Positions 1 to 7,644 of a stretch of DNA of 15,700 nucleotides are shown in pieces (positions within the stretch are counted from its first letter, which is position 1; each line of letters begins with the position of its first letter). Position numbers and translations under genes: made by a program. The notes below the pieces were generated by a model. The model did not search any database. It was not told the DNA's origin and saw only the letters and a program-made list of their open reading frames with translations. The DNA lies in contig JABCSY010000097.1 of NCBI GenBank assembly GCA_018238625.1, positions 1-15,700 of the forward strand, written 5' to 3'. The stretch is from Promethearchaeota archaeon (lineage in GTDB: Archaea; Asgardarchaeota; Lokiarchaeia; Sigyniarchaeales; SOKP01).

Positions 1-91
1 TGTTATGAAAGAAAAATTAAAAGAAAAGTTTTTAGAAAAAGTTTCAGATTTCATTTCTGATTTAACAGAGATTTTGAAAACTTTAATATAA
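1..91 (+). CDS. 3' end of an upstream CDS (partial, unknown product)
   Basis: Frame 2 is open from the window edge and reads VMKEKLKEKFLEKVSDFISDLTEILKTLI to TAA at 89-91. It is followed by a T-rich tract at about 99-116. Confidence 0.55.
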   Translation, partial: VMKEKLKEKFLEKVSDFISDLTEILKTLI

Positions 92-231
92 AAATTAGTT
101 TTTCTTTTTACTTTTGATGTTGTTTAATAAAGGTTATCTATAGAGAGATCAAATTTTAAAATCCTTAATATCTAATAAAAATAGTACATTTACTTTATTA
201 AATAATTTAAAAAATATTTTCTAATTTACAA

Positions 232-1398
232 ATGCCAGATTTTATAGTAACTCCATGGGAAGTTAGCGGTGAAGTAGATTATGATCTACTAATTAAAGAG
301 TTTGGAATAGAACCTATTAATGAAAAATTGATGTCCAATCTAAAGGAGATTACAAAGGAGATCCATCCTTATCTAAGAAGAAGGATTTTCTTTGCTCATA
401 GAGATTTTCAATGGATTCTTCAGGAATATAAAAAAGGAAATCCGTTTTACCTATATACAGGAAGAGGTCCTTCGGGTAATATCCATTTAGGTCATCTATT
501 ACCTTGGATTTTTACGAAATGGATTCAAGATAAATTTAATGTGGACTTATGGTTCCAATTAACTGATGATGAGAAGTTTTTATTTAACCAATCCATTACT
601 TTAGAAGAAACTCATAATTTTGGATATGACAACGCACTAGATGTTATCGCTTTGGGATTTAATCCAAAAAAGACATATATTTTTTCTGATATTGATCTTG
701 GTAATACCTTTTACAGAAATGCCCTAAAAATCGCTAAAAAAATAACCTTCTCTACAATCAAAGCAACATTTGGGTTCGATAATAGTACAAATATAGGTCA
801 AATCTTTTACACAAGCATTCAAACAGTTCCCGCCATCCTTAAAAGTTTGATTGAAGAGAAAAATGTTCCATGTTTAATCCCTCACGCTGTAGATCAAGAC
901 CCTCATTTTCGGTTATCAAGAGATGTATTACCAAAACTTGGTTATTACAAACCCGCCTCTATTCAATGTGTATTTCTTCCAAGTCTCCAGCAAAGTGGTA
1001 AAATGTCTGCATCAGTTGAAAATACCGCAATCTTCACAAAAGATGAACCGGATGTTATAAAAAGAAAAGTCAATAATGCATTCACGGGGGGCCAAGCAAA
1101 CGCAAAATTACAAAGAGAATTAGGGGGAAAACCTTCAGTCTGTTCGGTTTATAAGTATCATTTTATGCTTTTCACTCTGGACGATAATGAAATTAAAAAG
1201 ATTCAATCGAGATGCATAGGAGGAGAGTTACTTTGTGGAGAATGTAAAAAAGATTTAACACAAAAAATCAATAAATTCCTTAGTGAGCACCAAAAAAAGA
1301 GAGAAAAGGCAAAAGATGTTTTAGAAGATTATTTACTTAAAGAAAAGGTAGATTTGAAATATTTAATAAATGAAAAAAAAAGAAAATGGAACTCCTAA
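232..1398 (+). CDS. trpS: Tryptophanyl-tRNA synthetase, archaeal/eukaryotic type
   Basis: N-terminal VTPWEV..VDYDLLIKEFG, YTGRGPS, HIGH-like HLGH, QLTDDEKFL, DQDPHFR, KMSAS, AFTGGQ and a C-terminal LLCGECK motif. Confidence 0.97.
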   Translation: MPDFIVTPWEVSGEVDYDLLIKEFGIEPINEKLMSNLKEITKEIHPYLRRRIFFAHRDFQWILQEYKKGNPFYLYTGRGPSGNIHLGHLLPWIFTKWIQDKFNVDLWFQLTDDEKFLFNQSITLEETHNFGYDNALDVIALGFNPKKTYIFSDIDLGNTFYRNALKIAKKITFSTIKATFGFDNSTNIGQIFYTSIQTVPAILKSLIEEKNVPCLIPHAVDQDPHFRLSRDVLPKLGYYKPASIQCVFLPSLQQSGKMSASVENTAIFTKDEPDVIKRKVNNAFTGGQANAKLQRELGGKPSVCSVYKYHFMLFTLDDNEIKKIQSRCIGGELLCGECKKDLTQKINKFLSEHQKKREKAKDVLEDYLLKEKVDLKYLINEKKRKWNS

Positions 1399-1558
1399 AT
1401 ACTAAAGGGAACTATACTTGAAGAACTATTTAAGTACTCGAATAATATTTTAAACCCTTTTTTTAGATTTTAACTTCTTTTTGTTAATAGAATATGGATT
1501 TAATTAAGTGAATATAATGGCTAAATATATTAAATCTACAACTTACTCTTTTATTGTT

Positions 1559-1966
1559 ATGACAGCGAAAGATTCTAAATCTGAAGACGAATGGAAGCAA
1601 AAATTAACTAAAGAACAGTATCGCGTGTTAAGGTTAAAAGGAACCGAACGACCATTCTCAGGAAAATATTGGAATAATCGCGAAAAAGGGGTTTATTATT
1701 GTACTGGGTGTGGGTTTCCCCTATTTAATTCAAGCACTCAGTTCGAATCTGGTTTCGGCTGGCCTAGCTTTTCAGTCCCTATAAACGATAAAAATGTCGA
1801 AATACAGTCAGATCTCAGTTTAGGAATGAAAAGAGAAGAAGTATTATGCAACGAATGTGGAGGTCATTTGGGACATGTATTTAACGACGGCCCTAAACCT
1901 TCAGGCTTACAATATTGCATTAATTCAATTTCCTTAAATTTTAAACCAGAAGATAAAAAAGATTAG
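1559..1966 (+). CDS. msrB: Peptide-methionine (R)-S-oxide reductase MsrB
   Basis: GTERPF, two Zn-binding CxxC motifs (CTGC, CNEC), GWPSF, GHLGHVFNDGP and catalytic YCINS. The ATG at 1559 is preferred over the GTG at 1508 because the extension is AT-rich and contains a TATA-like tract. Confidence 0.93.
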   Translation: MTAKDSKSEDEWKQKLTKEQYRVLRLKGTERPFSGKYWNNREKGVYYCTGCGFPLFNSSTQFESGFGWPSFSVPINDKNVEIQSDLSLGMKREEVLCNECGGHLGHVFNDGPKPSGLQYCINSISLNFKPEDKKD

Positions 1967-2029
1967 CTTATACAACCTTTACTTTTGCTATAAAATAATA
2001 ATTGTGAATTTTTTACCTACTCTACAGTC

Positions 2030-2488
2030 TTAAAATTGAATACTTGAACGAGGGCGGTATTCTTTTAGAACCATATTAGAAATAGTCTTCGTTACGTATT
2101 CTGTCTCATTCAACACCCTAATAAAATGATGGACGTCTTCTGCTTCTTTAAAGCGACAAATTAAAGCAGCGGATTGCTCCCCTGTAGTATGGAAGACAGA
2201 ACAAACCTCCGGAATTTTTGATATTTGGTCCAAAATTTCAGCTGTGTGTTTACCATCAATTTGTATTCTTATTAAAAATGTTAACTTATAACCTAGCTTT
2301 TCGTTGTTGAGTTTAAGTGTATAACCCTCTATTATACCATTCTTTTCGAGTTTTGCAATTCTATTATGGATAGTGCCGATAGAGATGTTTAACTTATCTT
2401 GGATAACTCGATAAGACGTTTTAGCGTTTTTTTGCAAGATTTTTAAGATTTCCCGATCGATATCGTCTAAGCCTTTTTCTTTTGTCAT
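2030..2488 (-). CDS. Lrp/AsnC family transcriptional regulator
   Basis: N-terminal HTH (LDDIDREILKILQKNAKTSY...TIHNRIAKLEKNGIIEGY) and a C-terminal RAM domain (VCSVFHTTGE); 152 aa. Confidence 0.93.
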   Translation of the reverse strand: MTKEKGLDDIDREILKILQKNAKTSYRVIQDKLNISIGTIHNRIAKLEKNGIIEGYTLKLNNEKLGYKLTFLIRIQIDGKHTAEILDQISKIPEVCSVFHTTGEQSAALICRFKEAEDVHHFIRVLNETEYVTKTISNMVLKEYRPRSSIQF

Positions 2489-2532
2489 TTTTAAATTAGA
2501 CCAAAAAGAGTGATATATTCTTTAAAATTGTT

Positions 2533-2596
2533 CAACAATTCATTATTTTTTGTAAAATTTCTATTACAACAATTCAATATTTATTGCAAAATTTAT
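2533..2596. repeat. Imperfect tandem direct repeat, 34-bp period, in the divergent lrp/thermosome intergenic region
   Basis: CAACAATTCATTATTTTTTGTAAAATTTCT (2533-2562) vs CAACAATTCAATATTTATTGCAAAATTTAT (2567-2596); 26 of 30 positions identical by eye. Confidence 0.75.
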
Positions 2597-2706
2597 AATT
2601 TTTGCTATTGAAGCGTTTTACATATAAATGATCTCCAAATCATAAAATTATTATTTAATTCTTCTTATATTTCTTTATATTAAAAATAAAAAAAAAACGA
2701 AAAATT

Positions 2707-4293
2707 ATGTCTGTACCAATAATAATATTAAAAGAAGGAACTGAGGAAACTAAAGAAAAAGAAGCTCGAATGCAAAACATAAATGCGATTTTAGCAATTA
2801 CCGAATCTGTAAAGTCTACTCTTGGACCAAAGGGTATGAATAAAATGCTTGTAGATTCTATAGGAGACGTAACGATAACGAATGATGGTGCCGAAATATT
2901 AAAGAAGCTTGATATCGATAATGTTGCTGCGAATATGATGGTAAATGTAGCCAAATCGATTGACGACGATATCGGTGATGGTACTACTACAGCTGTCATC
3001 TTCTCTGCTACTTTATTGGGAAACGCTCTAGAATTAATTGAACAAGGCATACATCCAAAACCTATTACTCATGGATTTCGCATGGCAGCAAAGAAATCTT
3101 TAGAAATTATAAATGAGATCGCTGTTAAAATATCTCAAGACGACGATAAAATTCTTATTAATGTCGCTAAAACTGCTATGAACGCTCAAGATATTATAGG
3201 GGTAAAAGATTATTTTGCAGAATTAACTTTACAAGCTATAAAACACGTAAAGGGAGACGCTAAAGATACTTTTTCGAAAGTAGGGAACGTATTAATTATT
3301 AAGGTGCCCGGAAAATCGCTCAAAGAGTCAGAGTTAATAAATGGAGTCTACATTGCGAAAGAACGAGTCAATCCCGCCATGCCAGAAGTTGTAAAAAATG
3401 CGAAAATAGCTGTTATTAAAAGAAAATTAGATGTTGTTAAAACAGAATTCGATTCCCAAATTAGAATTTCTAACCCAGCTGACATTCAAAAGTTTCTCGA
3501 TCAAGAAGATAAAATCCTGCAAGATTACTTAAAGATCTTTAAAGATTTAGGAGTGAATATGATCGTTAATAATCAAGACATTTCCGATAAATTCGGTGCG
3601 TATTTAGTGAAAGAAGGAATCGTTGCGATAAAAAATCTCGGCGATTCAGACATAAAAGCAGTAACTAAAGCTACTGGAGCGAAAAAAATTGCTGATCTCC
3701 ACTCTTTATCCGAAGAAGATTTAGGATTTGCAGAAAAAGTAAAATTTGAAAAACTAGCTAACAACGATTATGTTTTATTTAGTGGATGTAAAAACCCTAA
3801 GTCAGTATCAATAATACTAAAAGGAGGCTTAGAGAAAATCTTAGATTCCGCAGAAATTACTTTACACGATGTACTCTCCGTAGTTGCTAAAGTAATGGAC
3901 ACAGAAGCCGTGGTTGCTGGTGGTGGCGCTATATATATCGAACTTGCGAAGAGACTGAGAGAATATGCGAATCAAATTAGCGGAAAAGAACAACTTGCAG
4001 TAAACGCTTTTGCTATAGCACTAGAAGAAATTCCAAAAACTCTAATCAAAAACGCGGGATTAGACGAAATTGAGAATATGACGGAATTACGCGCTGCTCA
4101 CAAAACAGATAACGAAAAATGGTTTGGAATTGATACTTTAACTAATAAGATCGAAGATAATTTTAAAAAAGGGATAGTTGAACCCGCTGCTCTTATTAAC
4201 CATGTAATCAAAGCGGGTAGCGAATTAGCAAATTTAATTTTAAGAGTAGATAGAATTATCAGCGCTAAAGGTTCTAAACTTCCTGGATTATAA
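2707..4293 (+). CDS. Thermosome subunit (group II chaperonin, TCP-1/cpn60 family), divergent paralogue
   Basis: STLGPKGMNKML, TITNDG, GDGTTT, LHD (catalytic Asp388), VAGGGA and LILRVDRII. Confidence 0.95.
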   Translation: MSVPIIILKEGTEETKEKEARMQNINAILAITESVKSTLGPKGMNKMLVDSIGDVTITNDGAEILKKLDIDNVAANMMVNVAKSIDDDIGDGTTTAVIFSATLLGNALELIEQGIHPKPITHGFRMAAKKSLEIINEIAVKISQDDDKILINVAKTAMNAQDIIGVKDYFAELTLQAIKHVKGDAKDTFSKVGNVLIIKVPGKSLKESELINGVYIAKERVNPAMPEVVKNAKIAVIKRKLDVVKTEFDSQIRISNPADIQKFLDQEDKILQDYLKIFKDLGVNMIVNNQDISDKFGAYLVKEGIVAIKNLGDSDIKAVTKATGAKKIADLHSLSEEDLGFAEKVKFEKLANNDYVLFSGCKNPKSVSIILKGGLEKILDSAEITLHDVLSVVAKVMDTEAVVAGGGAIYIELAKRLREYANQISGKEQLAVNAFAIALEEIPKTLIKNAGLDEIENMTELRAAHKTDNEKWFGIDTLTNKIEDNFKKGIVEPAALINHVIKAGSELANLILRVDRIISAKGSKLPGL

Positions 4294-4305
4294 AATGTAA
4301 ATTAC

Positions 4306-4356
4306 TTTGTTTTTTCTTAATTTTTTTATTCTTTTTGATTTATTTTCTTTTATTTT
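4306..4356 (+). terminator. Oligo-T tract, probable archaeal intrinsic terminator of the thermosome gene
   Basis: Several T4-T7 runs directly after the TAA at 4293. Confidence 0.5.
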
Positions 4357-4394
4357 AGAACATTGTTTAAAAATTTTTCAATTTTTCACTAACT

Positions 4395-4413
4395 TCAAAA
4401 AGTTTTTTATAAA
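4395..4413 (+). promoter_or_regulatory. Candidate BRE/TATA promoter for pckG
   Basis: Purine-rich CAAAAAG followed by TTTTTTATAAA, about 55 nt upstream of the ATG. The AT-rich background weakens the call. Confidence 0.35.
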
Positions 4414-4464
4414 AATTTCACTTTTTTATCCATAAGCTTAAAATATTTATTGAATTGAATTAGG

Positions 4465-6357
4465 ATGGACATTACAAAAGATTTTGTGAATTTTGTGGAC
4501 AGAGATTTAATATCTCAAGACGACGTCGAAAAATTGTTTAATTTAAAGAATGAACACGTGTTAAAGATTATAAAACAATTTGTTGACTTATGTAAACCTA
4601 GTAAGGTTACAGTGATTTCTGATTCTAATGAAGATATCGAATACGTGAGACAAAAAACCATCGACATCAACGAAGAAATTAAACTTCAGATAAGTGGTCA
4701 TACTGTTCATTACGATAGCTTTTACGATCAAGCAAGAGATAAAGAAAACACTAAAGTACTAATTCCTAAAGGCGAATATAGGAGCCCTTGGATAAACACA
4801 ATGGATAGGGATGAAGGACTCAAAGAAGTATTGGAAATTATGGATGGATCAATGAAAGGAAAAGAATGTCTTGTACGATTTTTCTGTCTTGGTCCAATAA
4901 ATTCTAAATTTACAATTGGAGCTCTACAACTTACGGATTCGTTTTACGTCGCACATTCAGAAGACCTTTTGTATCGTGTCGGCTACGAAGAATTCAAGGA
5001 TCTTAATGGTTCTGATGAATTCTTTTACTTCATCCATTCTGCCGGTGAACTCGATGGAAATCCCCCAGTTACTAAAAACATCAACAAACGCCGCATATAT
5101 GTAGATTTACAAGAAGATAAGGTTTTGTCCGTAAATAATCAATACGCTGGCAACTCTTTAGGATTAAAGAAATTAGCTCTACGATTGGCAATAAATAAGG
5201 CAAATAATGAAGATTGGCTCACAGAACATTATTTCATATTGGGAGTTCGTCCTACAGGAAAAAATCGCACAACTTATTTTACTGGAGCTTTTCCAAGTGC
5301 TTGTGGAAAAACTTCAACGGCTATGCTTCCAGGACAACTAATTGTAGGAGACGATATTGCATATCTTCGTATCTGGGAAGATGGATATACACATGCTGTA
5401 AATATAGAAAAGGGAATATTTGGAATTATAAAAGATGTAAATCCTAAAAACGATCCCGTAATTTACGAAGCGCTTATAACACCAAGAGAATTAATTTATT
5501 CTAATGTTCTCATAAAGGACGGAAAGCCATATTGGCTCGGGATGGGTAAGGACCACCCTAAAGAAGGCTTTAATTTCTCTGGTGATTGGTTTGAAGGAAA
5601 AACTGACGAAAATGGGAGTAATATCCTTCTCGCCCATCCAAATGCCCGGTACACAATAAATCTTTCCGACCTATCTAATTGCGATCCAAAATTAGAAGAC
5701 CCTAATGGCGTACCAATCCACGGTATTTTTTATGGCGGGAGAGATTCAGATACTATGCCGCCTGTCGTAGAAAGTCTAAGTTGGGAGTATGGAATCTTTA
5801 TGGGAGCTACCATTGAATCTGAAACAACATCAGCAACACTAGGGGCGGTAGGTGTTAGAAAAGCTAGCCCAATGGCGAATCTTGATTTCTTGGTTGTTCC
5901 TCTTGGTAAATATTTAAAAAATCACCGCAAATTTGGTAATCGATTAAAACATTGTCCAAAAGTATTCTCTACTAATTACTTTCTTAAAGGTAAAGACGGA
6001 AAGTATCTAAATGGAATATTGGATAAGAAAGTATGGGTTATTTGGGCAGAAGGCCGTACTCAAGGAGAGTTCGAAGCGATTGAAACGCCGATTGGATATC
6101 TTCCAAAATATGACGATCTGAAAGCATTGTTTAAATTAGAACTAGATAAAGATTATTCTCAAGAAGATTACACAGAGCAATTTAAGTTAAAAATCAAAAA
6201 ATTGCTTGATAAGTTGGATCGCATGGAAAAAATGTATAAGACAGAAAAAGATATTCCAAATTTTTTCTGGGAAGTTCTTACTAAACAAAGATCAGAATTA
6301 AAAAAATTATTGAAAAAATACGGTAAAGATGTTATCTTGCCCTCTGATTTGTCGTAA
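4465..6357 (+). CDS. pckG: Phosphoenolpyruvate carboxykinase (GTP)
   Basis: DQAR, YAGNSLGLKK, WLTEH, kinase-1a FPSACGKTSTAM, VGDDIA, HPNARY and YGGR motifs. Confidence 0.96.
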   Translation: MDITKDFVNFVDRDLISQDDVEKLFNLKNEHVLKIIKQFVDLCKPSKVTVISDSNEDIEYVRQKTIDINEEIKLQISGHTVHYDSFYDQARDKENTKVLIPKGEYRSPWINTMDRDEGLKEVLEIMDGSMKGKECLVRFFCLGPINSKFTIGALQLTDSFYVAHSEDLLYRVGYEEFKDLNGSDEFFYFIHSAGELDGNPPVTKNINKRRIYVDLQEDKVLSVNNQYAGNSLGLKKLALRLAINKANNEDWLTEHYFILGVRPTGKNRTTYFTGAFPSACGKTSTAMLPGQLIVGDDIAYLRIWEDGYTHAVNIEKGIFGIIKDVNPKNDPVIYEALITPRELIYSNVLIKDGKPYWLGMGKDHPKEGFNFSGDWFEGKTDENGSNILLAHPNARYTINLSDLSNCDPKLEDPNGVPIHGIFYGGRDSDTMPPVVESLSWEYGIFMGATIESETTSATLGAVGVRKASPMANLDFLVVPLGKYLKNHRKFGNRLKHCPKVFSTNYFLKGKDGKYLNGILDKKVWVIWAEGRTQGEFEAIETPIGYLPKYDDLKALFKLELDKDYSQEDYTEQFKLKIKKLLDKLDRMEKMYKTEKDIPNFFWEVLTKQRSELKKLLKKYGKDVILPSDLS

Positions 6358-6413
6358 AAGTAAAATTATTACCAAAAAACAGATTACATGACGAGAAAAA
6401 TAAATTTAAAACT

Positions 6414-7094
6414 TTATAACAATAGTTTTAAGCCATGTCGCACCTTGTAAGTTCTTTGGAGCCTGTCAACCTCAATAAACCTCTTTATTTCAAGGTTGTT
6501 TAACAAATCTCTCATCTCCATAGGATTTTTTTCTAGCTTTTCAGCCAATCCGTCAATATCTGATTCATATGAACGAAGTACTGTGAGAAGGGAAGAATAA
6601 TTATCGTATATCAGATTTACAAGATATTTTAAAGATTCTTTTAAATTTTCTCCTGTCCTTGTGCTTGTCGAAAAAATTACAGCTTCGTCTCGTAAGTAAT
6701 TCTGTGACCTTACTATCTCAGCGTGTCTCGCACCAGCAATATCTTGCTTGTTTGCTAAATAAACTATTGGCGTATCAGCCCCTATCGATTTTCTAAGGGC
6801 ATTTAATATGATTAATGCATCTTCATCTTTTTCGGGATGAGCTGCGTCAAAAATGAAAATAACCCCATCAGAACCTTGAAGGATTACATCTCTCATAACC
6901 TTGAATCTTAATAAACCAGGAGTTCCAAATAAAAAGACATCAAAACCATTTAATCTAACAATACCTAAATCCATTCCAACCGTATAAAACTTATTATCCC
7001 TAGCTTTTGCTTCGACATTTAAAGCTTTTTCGTCTAAAGATTTGATAAAACTCGACTTTCCGCACTGGAGAGGGCCTGATACAACTATCTTCAT
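6414..7094 (-). CDS. Small P-loop GTPase (MglA/conservon-CvnD-like) with a probable C-terminal winged-helix domain
   Basis: G1 GPLQCGKS, G2 TVGMD, G3 FGTPG, G4 NKQD, G5-like STST. The C-terminal ~60 aa show a helix-helix-helix plus beta-hairpin pattern (IDGLAEKL..MRDLLNNLEIKRFIEVDRLQRTYKV). Confidence 0.85.
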   Translation of the reverse strand: MKIVVSGPLQCGKSSFIKSLDEKALNVEAKARDNKFYTVGMDLGIVRLNGFDVFLFGTPGLLRFKVMRDVILQGSDGVIFIFDAAHPEKDEDALIILNALRKSIGADTPIVYLANKQDIAGARHAEIVRSQNYLRDEAVIFSTSTRTGENLKESLKYLVNLIYDNYSSLLTVLRSYESDIDGLAEKLEKNPMEMRDLLNNLEIKRFIEVDRLQRTYKVRHGLKLLL

Positions 7095-7321
7095 TTTGTC
7101 GGACTTTTTTTTTGATTACATGTTATTATTTGAATATTAACTTGTTTTATATTATTATATTGATTAATATCCATATAATATGAGCTTTTTCTTATAGAAA
7201 AAATTAAATCAATTTTTTTATTTTTTTAAAACCTATTTATTACTTTTTAATAAGTCAATTCTATTAATCGCAATATATTTGATTTCTAACTGCTTAGATA
7301 TCTGAAACCTTAAGAATCGAA

Positions 7322-7399
7322 AGATTAACGAAAATGTCATCATTCTTCTCAGAGAAGAAGCGCTCTATTGCCAAATTGACATTTTTCGAGCAAAAATCT
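7322..7399. other. Nested inverted-repeat element (possible structured RNA or operator array)
   Basis: AGATT(7322-26)/AATCT(7395-99) and AAAATGTCA(7331-39)/TGACATTTT(7377-85) arms, with an inner palindrome TTCTTCTC-A-GAGAAGAA (7343-7359). The segment is GC-richer than the flanking intergenic DNA. Confidence 0.5.
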
Positions 7400-7490
7400 A
7401 TTAAAATAAGAAAAAAAAAATCATAATTTTGATCAATAAAACATTTTTTTTATAAATTCTCGACATAAAACTTAACTATTTCGTCAAATA

Positions 7491-7507
7491 GAGAAATATT
7501 TATATAT
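7491..7507 (+). promoter_or_regulatory. Candidate BRE-TATA promoter for the hdr-met cluster
   Basis: GAGAAA (BRE-like) followed by TTTATATA (7499-7506). This would imply a 5' UTR of about 115 nt. Confidence 0.45.
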
Positions 7508-7644
7508 GCTTTTAACCTATTAAGTAAATTATAAAAATATAAGTTTTTCAATTAAACAATTATTTTCAAAAAGGACAATTAATTTTAGATAAGCAACGAA
7601 AATTAATAAAAAAACATTAAAAAATAATCAAAAACTGAATAAAT

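Noticed and set aside
1508-1558. GTG-started N-terminal extension of MsrB
   Set aside because: Looks like AT-rich promoter DNA; the ATG at 1559 gives a typical MsrB length.
2533-2596. Tandem repeat considered as a CRISPR mini-array
   Set aside because: Only two copies, 4 nt apart, with no spacer-length unique sequence and no cas genes.
2655-3050. 131-aa minus-strand ORF (also 3573-3764)
   Set aside because: Antisense shadow of the thermosome gene with no recognisable motifs.
4916-5447. Short alternative-frame ORFs 4916-5104 and 5214-5447
   Set aside because: Nested out of frame in pckG, with TTG starts and no motifs.
7322-7399. Hairpin considered as a SECIS element, tRNA or known riboswitch
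   Set aside because: No adjacent gene has an in-frame UGA, the element lies between two 5' ends, it forms no cloverleaf, and I recognise no SAM or THF aptamer consensus.
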